DNA of 64,000 bases from Candidatus Thermofontivivens primus (GCA_031458695.1 JAVKJW010000007.1:28219-92218); one strand, 5' to 3'. Counted from the stretch's first letter, positions 38,548 to 48,352 are shown. Notes: generated by a model not told the origin, from the sequence alone. A program made the numbers and translations.

Positions 38548-39387
38548 ATGCGCGTCTATATTTCTGTCGATATGGAAGGGATTTCTGGCGTTGTCGCAGG
38601 GAAGCAAGTTCAGAGTGGTGAGAAGGACTATGAGCGATTCCGACGGCTCATGACCTTGGAGGCGAATGCAGCGGTTGAAGGTGCGCTGGATGCAGGTGCT
38701 TCCGAAGTCGTTGTGAGCGACGGTCATGGCCCGATGACCAATCTCCTAGTAGAAGAGTTGGACCCTGCGGCTCGTTTAATCAGTGGGAGCAATAGGTTGC
38801 TCGGCCAGATGGAGGGAATCGATAGAGGTTTCGATGTCGCCTTCTTCGTGGGGTACCACCAGAGGGAGGGAGGAAATGACGGCGTTCTTAATCATACGCT
38901 TTTGGGGAAGATCGTATATGAGGTTCGTGTGAATGGAGAACCCGCGGATGAAGCGATGATCAATGCGGGTTTGGCGGGAGCTTTCGGCGTGCCTATTGGT
39001 CTCGTCACGGGCGATCGAGGTGTGTGTGAAGAGGCACAGAAACGTTTTAGGGGTGTGGTTATTGCACCGGTCAAAGAAGGGCTCGATCGCTTCACGGGAA
39101 TAACGTTGACCCCGGAGAAAGCACGTGTGCTGATCCGTGAGAAAGCAGTTCAGGCTATTCACGCTACCCGTGCTGGCTTATTGTCGCCATACCGGGTTGA
39201 GGAGCCTGTAACGTTCGAGGTAGATTTCAAGCGGACATCTCCAGCACACATGTGTACCCTGTTTCCGGGAGTCGAACGCGTAAGCCCCAGGACAATCCGG
39301 ATCATCGAACACGACTATGTCCGCGGCTTTAAACTGTTTTGGGGTTGCCTCATTGTCGGTGCGGCGTCTTTTGAAGGCATTTTGTAG
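38548..39387 (+). CDS. M55-family D-aminopeptidase (DppA-type)
   Basis: MRVYISVDMEGISGV...VVSDGHG...FFVGYH are hallmark Peptidase_M55 motifs. Confidence 0.8.
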   Translation: MRVYISVDMEGISGVVAGKQVQSGEKDYERFRRLMTLEANAAVEGALDAGASEVVVSDGHGPMTNLLVEELDPAARLISGSNRLLGQMEGIDRGFDVAFFVGYHQREGGNDGVLNHTLLGKIVYEVRVNGEPADEAMINAGLAGAFGVPIGLVTGDRGVCEEAQKRFRGVVIAPVKEGLDRFTGITLTPEKARVLIREKAVQAIHATRAGLLSPYRVEEPVTFEVDFKRTSPAHMCTLFPGVERVSPRTIRIIEHDYVRGFKLFWGCLIVGAASFEGIL

Positions 39388-39978
39388 CGGTTCAACAGGA
39401 CTTCTGCAGCGACCATAAGTTCATCTCTTAGAGCTGTAGCGATGGAAGACATAGGTGACGGAGATCCTCCATTGATCGCTTTCGAGCTGCAGGCAGCTTT
39501 TCCCCTCACCCGCCGTTTTTCATAGATCATCGCTCGTCCTGAGCACAGCAAAGGATGTAGCCCAAACCTCCCGCCCGTTTTTGGCCATGACGAGGCGGAC
39601 AGTCCTGAGGCGCGGGAGGGGCACGATGCCTACCCAGGCCCAGGTGCGGCTCGCGATACGGCGGGGGAGCCATCTAGCCAATACGCCTACTGGCTGGGCG
39701 TGCCCCCTATAGGAGACCAGGACACAGCTCTTCTCCACCACATCGTCCAGGCACAGATAGCCAAGCTTCCCCAGGCGCTCCATGACCTGGACAAGGCTTG
39801 GCAGAACTTCTCTAAGGGAGCGGCTTCTTCATCCTCGAAGATTGGTGGCACGAGTGCCGCAGAGGAGCTTCATAATCTTTCCATCTCACCTTCAAACGTT
39901 CTTCATGCACTTCGGGTACTGTTTGGGCGTGGAGGGTTCAAACTCCGAGACAAAAATCTTCGAGAGGAGCGTGAGGTC

Positions 39979-40713
39979 ATGAGCAAAAAGGTTGCATGGA
40001 TCTTAGCCATCGCCGGTGTGCTGGCCATCGCCATTCCCGTGCTGGCACAGCCCTACTGGTTCGGACCCGGTATGATGGGGGGATATGGACCAGGAAGCCG
40101 TCCTGGTTACGGGTATGGGCCGGCGGTCCCTCCGACCGCCCAGCCTATCAGCATGGACCGTGCCATAGGGATCGCGAGATCGGCTGTCATCGCATACGGC
40201 AATCCGGACCTGGTACTCGATGAGATTATGGAGTTCACCCGCAACTTCTACGTTGTCGTCAAGGAGAAGAGCACCGGCATTGGGGCGTTTGAGCTTCTCG
40301 TCGACCGCTTCACTGGCGCAGTCTATCCTGAACCCGGTCCCAACATGATGTGGAATACCAAGTACGGCCACATGGGTGCATGGCACGGTGGATACGGCAT
40401 GATGGGCGGATACGGCATGATGGGTGGATACGGCTGGGGGCCCCGGTGGGGCTACCAGGCTCCCGCGCAGACGACACCCCAAACAGCTTTGCCCGTGACC
40501 AAGGAGCAGGCCATGCAGATCGCCAATCGCTACCTTGCAACAGTCATGCCCGGGGCCAAGGCTGAGGACGTCCATACATTCTACGGCTACTACACCGTCC
40601 ACGTTGCCCGCGGGGGCAAGATCGTGGGGATGCTGAGTGTCAACGGCTACACCGGTCAGGTTTGGTACCACAACTGGCACGGAGACTTCATCCGGGAGAA
40701 GGAACTCTCATGA
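39979..40713 (+). CDS. Secreted tandem PepSY-domain protein with Gly/Tyr/Met-rich linker
   Basis: Signal peptide (MSKKVAWILAIAGVLAIAIPVLAQP). Two PepSY-like modules (ISMDRAIGIARSAVIAYGNPD..FYVVVKEKSTG and VTKEQAMQIANRYL..YTVHVARGGKIVGMLSVNGYTGQVWY). They are separated by GYGMMGGYGMMGGYGWG repeats. RBS GAGGAG upstream. Confidence 0.55.
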   Translation: MSKKVAWILAIAGVLAIAIPVLAQPYWFGPGMMGGYGPGSRPGYGYGPAVPPTAQPISMDRAIGIARSAVIAYGNPDLVLDEIMEFTRNFYVVVKEKSTGIGAFELLVDRFTGAVYPEPGPNMMWNTKYGHMGAWHGGYGMMGGYGMMGGYGWGPRWGYQAPAQTTPQTALPVTKEQAMQIANRYLATVMPGAKAEDVHTFYGYYTVHVARGGKIVGMLSVNGYTGQVWYHNWHGDFIREKELS

Positions 40714-41072
40714 ACGAGCAGACGCTCCTGTGGATTGTGGTTGCAATCCTCGCCCTCTTCCTCCTCGGCCCGATCTTGAGTGGGCTTGGTTGGATGGGGG
40801 GATGGGGGCATGGATGGATGATGGGCCCCTGGATGATGGGGAGATGGTGTGGATGGGGCGGGCAGGCTCCTTGGGGTGCTCCATGGATCTTCTGGCTGCC
40901 CCCCTTAATTCAGCTCCTGCTCCTCATCGGCCTCGGGGTGGTCGTGATCGTGCTTTTGGCAAGATCACGACCCGCAGAAGGATCCCCCCTGGAGATCCTG
41001 CGGAAACGCTACGCAGCGGGCGAGATTTCCAAGGAGGAGTTCGAGGAAGCTCGTCGCATCCTGGGGGTATAG
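40710..41072 (+). CDS. SHOCT-domain membrane protein with Trp/Met/Gly-rich periplasmic-side tract
   Basis: ATGA-coupled to the PepSY gene. One or two TM segments, a GWMGGWGHGWMMGPWMMGRWCGWGG tract, and the C-terminal SHOCT signature ILRKRYAAGEISKEEFEEARRIL. Confidence 0.6.
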   Translation: MNEQTLLWIVVAILALFLLGPILSGLGWMGGWGHGWMMGPWMMGRWCGWGGQAPWGAPWIFWLPPLIQLLLLIGLGVVVIVLLARSRPAEGSPLEILRKRYAAGEISKEEFEEARRILGV

Positions 41073-41080
41073 CGGTATAG

Positions 41081-41116
41081 CCGTGTAGGGGCGACCCATG
41101 GGCCGCCCCTACACGG
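41081..41116 (+). terminator. Perfect 13-bp stem hairpin (CCGTGTAGGGGCG...CGCCCCTACACGG) after the SHOCT gene
   Basis: Seen directly in sequence 9 nt after the stop codon. No U-tract, as is common in GC-rich genomes. Confidence 0.4.
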
Positions 41117-41472
41117 CTGGCGCCTGTTCTCCAGGTTCGAGGAAGATCGCCTCGCCAGGACATCCCCTGACCACCGCCTCCTTCGACGCCAAGATTTTGT
41201 GCAAGGCGAATTGACTCTTGGAGTAGGGTCAGGCAGGGTATCCTCTCCCCGGGCAGGAGTTTGATGGTGTATAGTGAATCACCTCATAGAGGGGCTCCCT
41301 GCTGGTCTGGGCGGTCGTGTCTGTCCGAACCAGCAGCTCAGCTCGTCAGAGGAGGGAGAACTCCTGTTATTTTGCCGGCGGACGGAGGACACGATCTTGA
41401 ATTGGATCCCATTTGCTGTCCTATTTTTCACCAATATTGCCATAAGTCAGAAGGCAGGAAGGAGGGAGTGTG

Positions 41473-42690
41473 ATGGGAACGATGAGGCAGCGAATTCTGT
41501 TCCTGCTTCTGCCAGTTGTGATACTTCCCCTTCTCAGCATGGGACCCGTCTTCGCGCAAAACCCTATCGTGATCGGATCGTTCGGCCCATTCTCTCCTCC
41601 CGGGTCTATTGCCCAGTGGAGCGAGGCTGTGGATGGGATCAAGCTGGCCGTGGAGATGATCAACGAACGAGGAGGAGTTCTTGGCCGGCCTATTCGAGTC
41701 CAGTTTGAGGATAGTGCAGGGATTCCTGAGAGGGGGAGGGCTGCCGTTGAGAGATTGATCACCCAGCATAAAGTCCCGGCCATCGTGGGCGGGAACCACA
41801 GTTCGGTTTGCCTGGCCGTGACCGAGATCGTTCATGCGCGTCGCATCCCCTTCATCAATGTGAACTGCTGGGCAAACGCTATTCGGGAAAAGGGATACCC
41901 GGAGGTTTTTAACACAGCCGTCGTAAATGCCAGGATCGCTGTTGCTGGAGCCTACTTCATCAGGCATCTGGGGAGCAAGACCGTGGTCGCCTTTGCAGAG
42001 AATACGGACTTCGGGATAGGCTTAGCACAGGCGCTTGGTAGCCGGCTGAAGGCGATCGCCCCCGATGTACGATACACTTATACCGTATTGGATCGCGAAG
42101 CGAAAGATTTTGCCCCTGCCATCCTTGGTTTTGCCCAGAGGCCCCCAGATGTTGTCGTGACGATTATGGACCCGCCTGCGGGCTACATTATTATTAACCA
42201 ACTCAAGGAGTTCGGTGTGGCACCGACTCCACGAACATGGCTGCTTGATTTGGATGCCCTAGCAGAACTTCCAGACTTTTGGGACAACGTTGAGGAAGCA
42301 GGCAAATTCCTGACAGGAATCGCTCTTTTCCACCCCGCGATGAAGCTCACGGACCTTGGGCAAAGCGTTCGAGAGCGTCATAAGAAACGGACAGGTCGCG
42401 AGGCTAGCAGGCTGGTTTTCCAAGGATTTGATGCGATGTGGGTTATGGCCGATGCAATCAAGCGCGCAGGCTCGCTGGAGGCGGGAGCAATAATCAAAGC
42501 ACTAAGGGCAACAAACCTTGTGGGCACACGAGGGCGTATCTCGTTCAGCCTTGAACGGGGTCCCTTCTTCCAGCAATGGGTTGAGGTTCCCTTCGCAATC
42601 ATCCAGTTTACGGAGGTCAAACAGCCGCTTGAGCGATCAACAATCGTCTTCCCATTAGCTCAGGCGACCGGTACCCTCCGAAGACCTTAA
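41473..42690 (+). CDS. Branched-chain amino acid ABC transporter substrate-binding protein (LivK/Peripla_BP_6)
   Basis: Signal peptide and a type I periplasmic binding fold. GGAGGG lies 6 nt upstream of the ATG. Confidence 0.8.
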   Translation: MGTMRQRILFLLLPVVILPLLSMGPVFAQNPIVIGSFGPFSPPGSIAQWSEAVDGIKLAVEMINERGGVLGRPIRVQFEDSAGIPERGRAAVERLITQHKVPAIVGGNHSSVCLAVTEIVHARRIPFINVNCWANAIREKGYPEVFNTAVVNARIAVAGAYFIRHLGSKTVVAFAENTDFGIGLAQALGSRLKAIAPDVRYTYTVLDREAKDFAPAILGFAQRPPDVVVTIMDPPAGYIIINQLKEFGVAPTPRTWLLDLDALAELPDFWDNVEEAGKFLTGIALFHPAMKLTDLGQSVRERHKKRTGREASRLVFQGFDAMWVMADAIKRAGSLEAGAIIKALRATNLVGTRGRISFSLERGPFFQQWVEVPFAIIQFTEVKQPLERSTIVFPLAQATGTLRRP

Positions 42691-42727
42691 AAAGTTTTCA
42701 TCGCGGGAGGAATCAAAGGTTTGAACG

Positions 42728-43615
42728 ATGATGGAGATCCTTGTTACAGGGGCCATCATGGGAACTTTTTATGCCATGCTGGCCCTCGGTCTTTCCCTGA
42801 TTTTTGGAATTCTCAAGGTTGTCAATTTCGCTCATGGCGAATTCTTTATGATCGGTGCGTACACGTACGCTATTCTCACTCGTACTTTCGGAGTGACCTC
42901 TTTCTTGGCAGTCCTCCCTGCAGCGCTCATGGGAATCGCTGCAGGCCTGATCGTTGAGCGCCTGCTCATGCGACCGCTCTATCAAAGATACATGGAGTGG
43001 GCAACGCTACGCGATGAGTATGCCGTGATTGTCACATTCGGGCTTTCTCTCTTCCTGATCAACCTTGCAAACCAAGTCTTTGGCCCCTACCAGATCAGTG
43101 GTGCGGGGTTGGTCCCGTTGCGGGAGAGAATGCAGGTAGGAGGAGTAACCCTTAGTACCCATCGCGTGCTCGCTTCGATCCTTGGCGCAAGCATCCTCCT
43201 TGCTGCCTATCTCCTCATCAAATACACCTACTGGGGAAAGGCAGTCCAGGCTGTTGCACAAAACCGCTTTGGCGCAGCTATCGCTGGGATTGATTCCACT
43301 CGAGTCAGCCTCATTGTGTTCGGGATTTCCGGAGGCTTGGCTGCTGTCGCAGGAGCGTTGCTCTCTCCCATATTTCCTGCAGAACCCTTCGCGGGAGCGT
43401 TCCCTGCTGTGAAGTCCTTCGTTGTAGTAGTGCTGGGGGGAATGGGCTCTCTTCCTGGAAGCATTATAGGAGCCTATCTCCTTGGCATTCTTGAGCAGGT
43501 GGGTGCAGTGTATGTTTCCTATACATACCGAGATACCTTCGCATTTCTCGTTCTCATCCTTACACTGCTCTTGAGGCCACAGGGGATCCTGGGAGAGCGT
43601 GTTCGCGAGGTCTAA
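42728..43615 (+). CDS. Branched-chain amino acid ABC permease LivH-like
   Basis: LivH-type N-terminus (MMEILVTGAIMGTFYAMLALGLSLIFGILKVVNFAHGEF). Confidence 0.85.
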   Translation: MMEILVTGAIMGTFYAMLALGLSLIFGILKVVNFAHGEFFMIGAYTYAILTRTFGVTSFLAVLPAALMGIAAGLIVERLLMRPLYQRYMEWATLRDEYAVIVTFGLSLFLINLANQVFGPYQISGAGLVPLRERMQVGGVTLSTHRVLASILGASILLAAYLLIKYTYWGKAVQAVAQNRFGAAIAGIDSTRVSLIVFGISGGLAAVAGALLSPIFPAEPFAGAFPAVKSFVVVVLGGMGSLPGSIIGAYLLGILEQVGAVYVSYTYRDTFAFLVLILTLLLRPQGILGERVREV

Positions 43616-43617
43616 GT

Positions 43618-44658
43618 ATGCGAGCGGATTGGCGTATCTTCAACGCAAGAGACATTGGAATGGTCTTGCGGATATCCTTCGGTGCATGGCGGAGGCAGTG
43701 GTTGGACCTCGCCCTCACGTTTGGGATGCTCATACTTGCAGCAATCCTCCCTTTGGGTATTCCATCGATCTACTGGCAAGGCGTGCTCACCGTTACTCTT
43801 GTATACGCCCTTGCCTCCACTGGCTGGAACATCCTGGGAGGTTTTACAGGCCAATTCTCCCTTGCGCCGGCGACTTTCCTGATGCTCGGAATGTATACTT
43901 CTGCCCTGCTCGTACACTACCGTGGGTGGCCTCCGGTGGCAGGAATCCTGGCAACGCTTCCAGTCACGAGCGTGATCGGTATGGTTCTCGGTCTCCTTTG
44001 CCTTCGCCTTAGGGGACCGTACCTGGCGCTTACCACTGTCGCATTCTCAGAGATCACAAGAAACCTCATCAGGTTTTCCTACAACTTTACTCGGGGAGAT
44101 CTTGGGCTCAGTGTTCCTACACTCTATGGGATGGAAGGTAATCGCCTTTACTATTACTACACCATCTACCTCCTGAACATCGCTGTGATCCTGGCCGTCC
44201 ATCTCTTGATGAGCTCTAGGGTGGGCCTTTACCTGCGGAGCATCCGTGATGATGAAGTAGCCGCTGCGGGACGAGGGGTAAACACAGTTCTTTGGAAGAC
44301 CATGGCATTTACCATCAGCAGCTCTATCTGTGGACTGGCTGGTGGCTATTATGTGCACTTCATCGGTCTCGCGAGCCCGGAAATGGGACTGTTGCTTCAA
44401 GCTGGGTTCATCATCAGTATGGCCGTGATCGGAGGGATGGGTACGTTAGGGGGGCCACTCGCAGGCGCCATGCTGCTCTACCCGCTTTCCGAGTACGTTC
44501 GGAGGTTTGGGATCCAGTATATGGTCATCTTCAGTTTTCTCATGATTCTCATGATCAGATTCTGGAAGGCAGGGATTTATGGAACGATCTTGAACATCAT
44601 GGATCGCTGGGTGACTTCAAGTGGAAGTGCCCCTGCTTTGGGTTCAAAATATCTCTAA
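43618..44658 (+). CDS. Branched-chain amino acid ABC permease LivM-like
   Basis: BPD_transp_2-type TM pattern; position in the liv operon. Confidence 0.8.
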   Translation: MRADWRIFNARDIGMVLRISFGAWRRQWLDLALTFGMLILAAILPLGIPSIYWQGVLTVTLVYALASTGWNILGGFTGQFSLAPATFLMLGMYTSALLVHYRGWPPVAGILATLPVTSVIGMVLGLLCLRLRGPYLALTTVAFSEITRNLIRFSYNFTRGDLGLSVPTLYGMEGNRLYYYYTIYLLNIAVILAVHLLMSSRVGLYLRSIRDDEVAAAGRGVNTVLWKTMAFTISSSICGLAGGYYVHFIGLASPEMGLLLQAGFIISMAVIGGMGTLGGPLAGAMLLYPLSEYVRRFGIQYMVIFSFLMILMIRFWKAGIYGTILNIMDRWVTSSGSAPALGSKYL

Positions 44659-45358
44659 ACGCTTCGGAGGCCTCCAAGCGCTCTCGGGCGTCTCTTTTAA
44701 GCTTGAAGAGGGAGAATTGGTAGGACTCATTGGTCCGAATGCTTCAGGTAAGACGACGCTCTTGAATGTGATCAACGGTTACCACACGCCTGACTCCGGG
44801 TGGATCCGATTGCGAGGGGAACGTATCAATGGACTGAGCCCCTTCCAAATTGCCAGGAAAGGTGTTGCCAGGATGTTTCAAATCACCCATATTTTCCCCC
44901 GCATGTCGGTCCTTGAGAACATGCTCACCGTGGGTTATGCGATCGGTCGCATCCCCGCCAAAAGTCTTGTACATCGTGCCCACGAGATTTTAGATCAGCT
45001 CTCTCTCCGGGATTGGATCTATGAACCGGCAGCAAGCCTCTCCGGAGGTCAACGGAAACTCCTGGAATTTGGAGCTTGTTTTATGGCAGCCCCTAGGTTG
45101 GCCTTATTGGATGAGCCCTTTGCGGGTGTCCATCCCGAGCTGAAGGCGGTCATGGAAAGGTTCATTCAATCGTACCATGCAGAGGGAGGGACGGTCTTCA
45201 TTGTGAGCCATGATATACCTGCCCTCGTTTCCATCTGCCCCCGCTTGATTGCCCTGCATGCAGGTGTCCTTCTCGCAGATGGACCTACAGAGCAAGTCAT
45301 CCGAGATGAAGCTGTGCTTGAATCCTACCTCGGGAGTTATACCCCCTCAGAGGTGTAA
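44621..45358 (+). CDS. Branched-chain amino acid ABC ATPase LivG-like
   Basis: Walker A GPNASGKTT, signature LSGGQRKLLEF, Walker B LLDEP. GTG start. Confidence 0.85.
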   Translation: MEVPLLWVQNISKRFGGLQALSGVSFKLEEGELVGLIGPNASGKTTLLNVINGYHTPDSGWIRLRGERINGLSPFQIARKGVARMFQITHIFPRMSVLENMLTVGYAIGRIPAKSLVHRAHEILDQLSLRDWIYEPAASLSGGQRKLLEFGACFMAAPRLALLDEPFAGVHPELKAVMERFIQSYHAEGGTVFIVSHDIPALVSICPRLIALHAGVLLADGPTEQVIRDEAVLESYLGSYTPSEV

Positions 45359-45362
45359 CGCC

Positions 45363-46085
45363 ATGGAGTACCTCCTGGAGGCGGAGCATATAACTGCAGG
45401 CTATATTGAGGACGTCGATGTATTGCAAGAAGTTTCTGTCCGTGTGATACAAGGTTCTATTACAGGAATGATTGGGCTCAATGGGGCAGGGAAGAGTACG
45501 TTCGTGAAAACGGTCTTCGGATTTCTTAAACCCAAAAAAGGGCGGATCCTTCTTGAAAAGGATGATATCACAGGAATAGAACCGCATATATTGATCCGAA
45601 AAGGCCTATGGTACCTCCCCCAGGAATCGAGTCTGTTTCCCCACCTTACCATTGAGGACAACCTCCTTATCCCAACCCGGGTGATAGGCCTGAGTTCGTA
45701 CGAGATCAGAGATCGATTGGAGCACGTCTACACGAGGTTCCCTGAGCTAAAGGCAAATCGAAAGAGGCATGCTGGAGATCTTAGCGGGGGGCAGCAAAAG
45801 ATACTGGAGTTCGCCAAGGTCCTTATGGTGAAACCTCGTTTGCTCTTTATCGATGAACCAACCGTTGGCATCTCCCCGAAGATCGCAGCAGAAATCTATA
45901 CCATGATCCAACAATTTTTAGGCGAGGGAACATCGGTATTTCTCATCGACCATAACCTCCGCAAACTTGTAGATTTGACGGATTATGTGTATGTGATGAG
46001 CCTAGGGCGGATCGTCGCCGAGGGGCCATCTTCCCAGTTTCAAGACAGTCTCAAAGAACAAGTCCAACGATGGTTAGGCCTCTGA
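45363..46085 (+). CDS. Branched-chain amino acid ABC ATPase LivF-like
   Basis: Walker A GLNGAGKST, signature LSGGQQKILEF, Walker B LFIDEP. Confidence 0.85.
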   Translation: MEYLLEAEHITAGYIEDVDVLQEVSVRVIQGSITGMIGLNGAGKSTFVKTVFGFLKPKKGRILLEKDDITGIEPHILIRKGLWYLPQESSLFPHLTIEDNLLIPTRVIGLSSYEIRDRLEHVYTRFPELKANRKRHAGDLSGGQQKILEFAKVLMVKPRLLFIDEPTVGISPKIAAEIYTMIQQFLGEGTSVFLIDHNLRKLVDLTDYVYVMSLGRIVAEGPSSQFQDSLKEQVQRWLGL

Positions 46086-46251
46086 GACTCACCGACATTT
46101 CCACGGTTCGGCACCCTTCCCTACGACTCTTCCGAGACTTTGACATCGTATTTCCGGGAAACCGCTAATTACAAGTATTTTAGGCATGGAAGGCCGAAAC
46201 AGGGGTCGATGGTTATGTATGCGTGGGGAAGAATTAAGGGATTCGCCAGTT

Positions 46252-46794
46252 TCAAGGGCTGGACCGAATCCGAACGAGATGCCAGATCACATACCCGTAG
46301 ATCGCCCAGATTGTGCCAAGGACCAAACCGAGGACGAGCGGCAAGACCGAATCAGGGTAAGGGCTGATGAACCCTGGCTGGGGACTTAGATGGCGAAGGA
46401 TGGCACGGCCGGGCCGGACGGCAGGCTCGAAAACATGGGCTTCCCTTAGCTTGATCGCAGCCTGGACCGTTCCTGTCTCCCCGGAGGCCTCGGCGACGAC
46501 CTCTTGGGGGCGCAGGGAGGATGGCAGAGAGATCCTCGCCCTGCCCTCTTCATCGGTCGAAGCCTCGGAAAGCTGCAGCCAGCCAAAGGTCATCCGGGCT
46601 TTGAAATTGATCATCACCTCCGGAATGGGATTCCCCAGATCGTCTACAACCTTCGCCACCACCTGGGTTGCCCCATCTGGAGCGGTCTGCACTTCCAGGA
46701 TCACCTTGGCAGGCTCCGCTGCAGATGCAGCGAGGACGTATCCCATCAACGCGACCAATACCCCAAAGGCTACGATGTTACGCCCCAGGCGCAT
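46252..46794 (-). CDS. Exported protein with C-terminal TM anchor, unknown function (last gene of the NrfCD-like operon)
   Basis: Signal peptide (MRLGRNIVAFGVLVALMGYVLAASAA), a beta-rich about 110-aa domain and a C-terminal hydrophobic helix (LPLVLGLVLGTIWAIYGYVIW). Overlaps the NrfD-like gene end by 17 nt. Confidence 0.4.
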   Translation of the reverse strand: MRLGRNIVAFGVLVALMGYVLAASAAEPAKVILEVQTAPDGATQVVAKVVDDLGNPIPEVMINFKARMTFGWLQLSEASTDEEGRARISLPSSLRPQEVVAEASGETGTVQAAIKLREAHVFEPAVRPGRAILRHLSPQPGFISPYPDSVLPLVLGLVLGTIWAIYGYVIWHLVRIRSSP

Positions 46795-48352
46795 CGGATA
46801 CCTCCTTTCGGATCACCGTATGAGGCTCCATGACCGCCTCCCGCGTCTCCCAGATGGAGACGATGGGGAAGAGCTTGCTGAAGAGGAGGTAGATCAACAC
46901 GAACCCCGCAAGCGCCGCTGCGGTGATGGACCACTCCACCCAGGTGGGCTTGTAAATCGCCCAGATCACCGGGACGTTCTGGATGGGGAGGAAGGGGTTC
47001 TCTAGCGTCGGTACAATGATCACAAAGCGCTTCATCCACGCCCCAATGTTGACGAGGAGGGACGCCACGACCGCAGCGGTGATGGGCCAGGTGTGGAAGA
47101 TCGGGAGCAGCCCCAAAAACGACCACCCACCCAGGGCGAAAACGACCCACAACGCTACAGTACGGATGGTATCCACGTTCTCAACCGCAGCGACCGGCGA
47201 TCTGGAGATCAACAGGAAGAAGGAGATCCCTGTCGCCGTGGCAAGCGCAGCCAGGATTGGCCGGGGCTGGAACAGCGGGAGATCTCCGAGCCGCCGGACC
47301 CAGGAGATGCGCGGCAGGGTCAGCAACAGCACGGGAAGGAGCACCCCAACGATTTGAGTGAACCAGAACAGTCGGGCGTATGGCCCGCTGAACACGGCAG
47401 TGAGGTACCCCCGCTCGTGTGTGGCCATCTTGTAGGCTGGGGTGAGGTATTCGGCGAAAGTGAAGTAGGCGTAGATCAGCCCGAGCGCGATCACGAGATA
47501 CCCCATGCGCCGAAAGTGGGACTCGGTGATGTAATCCTCCAGGTGGTACGCCCAGCGAAAGGCCGCCATCGCCGTCACCACCGCCGCTGCCCCGCTGAAC
47601 AGCGCCCCGGAGACGAAGTACGGACCGAAAATCGTGCTGTTCCACCCCGCGCGCAGGGTCATACCGAAGATCCAAGAGACCACAGTGTGTACCGAGACGG
47701 CGATGGGAATGATCAGGACCGCCATCACCGCCATGATCGTCTCCAGGCGATGACGCTGCTCTTCGGTCCCCTTCCACCCTAGCGCCAGGACGGTGTAGAG
47801 GCGTCTCCGCCAGGCCGGGCCTTGGGCGAACCGGTCCCGTAGCAAGGCGATGTCGGGGATCATGGGCACGTACAGGAAGAGCGTGCTGCCCGTCAAGTAC
47901 GTGGTGATGGAGAGGATGTCCCAAAGGATAGGAGACGGGAGGCGCCCGTGGAGCAGCACGTTGAGAATCCGATCTGGGCGGCCCATGTCCACGACGGGCA
48001 TCAGCGCACCCATGAGGAGCGAGGCGAACGTGATCGCCTCGGCCATGCGGGTAATCGGCCGCCGCCACTCGGCCCCTGTGATCCGGAGGATCGCCGACAT
48101 AAGGGCACCCACATGGCTCACCCCGATGAAGAAGACGAAGTTGGTGATATACACGCCCCACATAACATAGTCGCGAAGACCGGTCACACCCAGCCCGTAT
48201 CGGAGTTGTATGGAATAGGCGATGATGCCCCAGGCGATGACCGCGAGCAGGAAGCCCACCAAGCCATAGAAGCCTGGCCCGCTCTCCGTCAGGGAGGAGA
48301 GGAGCTGTACCTCGCGATCCGAGAACTGTTCGCGTAACTGAGGCGATCTCAT
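46778..48352 (-). CDS. NrfD/PsrC-family polytopic membrane subunit (quinone/quinol-interacting)
   Basis: 524 aa, about 10-12 TM, with NrfD-family features (the HGRLPSPILWDILSITTYL region). ATGA-coupled to the upstream Fe-S subunit gene. Confidence 0.75.
   Translation of the reverse strand: MRSPQLREQFSDREVQLLSSLTESGPGFYGLVGFLLAVIAWGIIAYSIQLRYGLGVTGLRDYVMWGVYITNFVFFIGVSHVGALMSAILRITGAEWRRPITRMAEAITFASLLMGALMPVVDMGRPDRILNVLLHGRLPSPILWDILSITTYLTGSTLFLYVPMIPDIALLRDRFAQGPAWRRRLYTVLALGWKGTEEQRHRLETIMAVMAVLIIPIAVSVHTVVSWIFGMTLRAGWNSTIFGPYFVSGALFSGAAAVVTAMAAFRWAYHLEDYITESHFRRMGYLVIALGLIYAYFTFAEYLTPAYKMATHERGYLTAVFSGPYARLFWFTQIVGVLLPVLLLTLPRISWVRRLGDLPLFQPRPILAALATATGISFFLLISRSPVAAVENVDTIRTVALWVVFALGGWSFLGLLPIFHTWPITAAVVASLLVNIGAWMKRFVIIVPTLENPFLPIQNVPVIWAIYKPTWVEWSITAAALAGFVLIYLLFSKLFPIVSIWETREAVMEPHTVIRKEVSDAPGA

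Noticed and set aside
47181-48161. 326-aa minus-strand ORF in an alternative frame
   Set aside because: Nested within the NrfD-like gene in another frame. Arg/Gly/His-rich, not hydrophobic. The NrfD frame is clearly the coding one.
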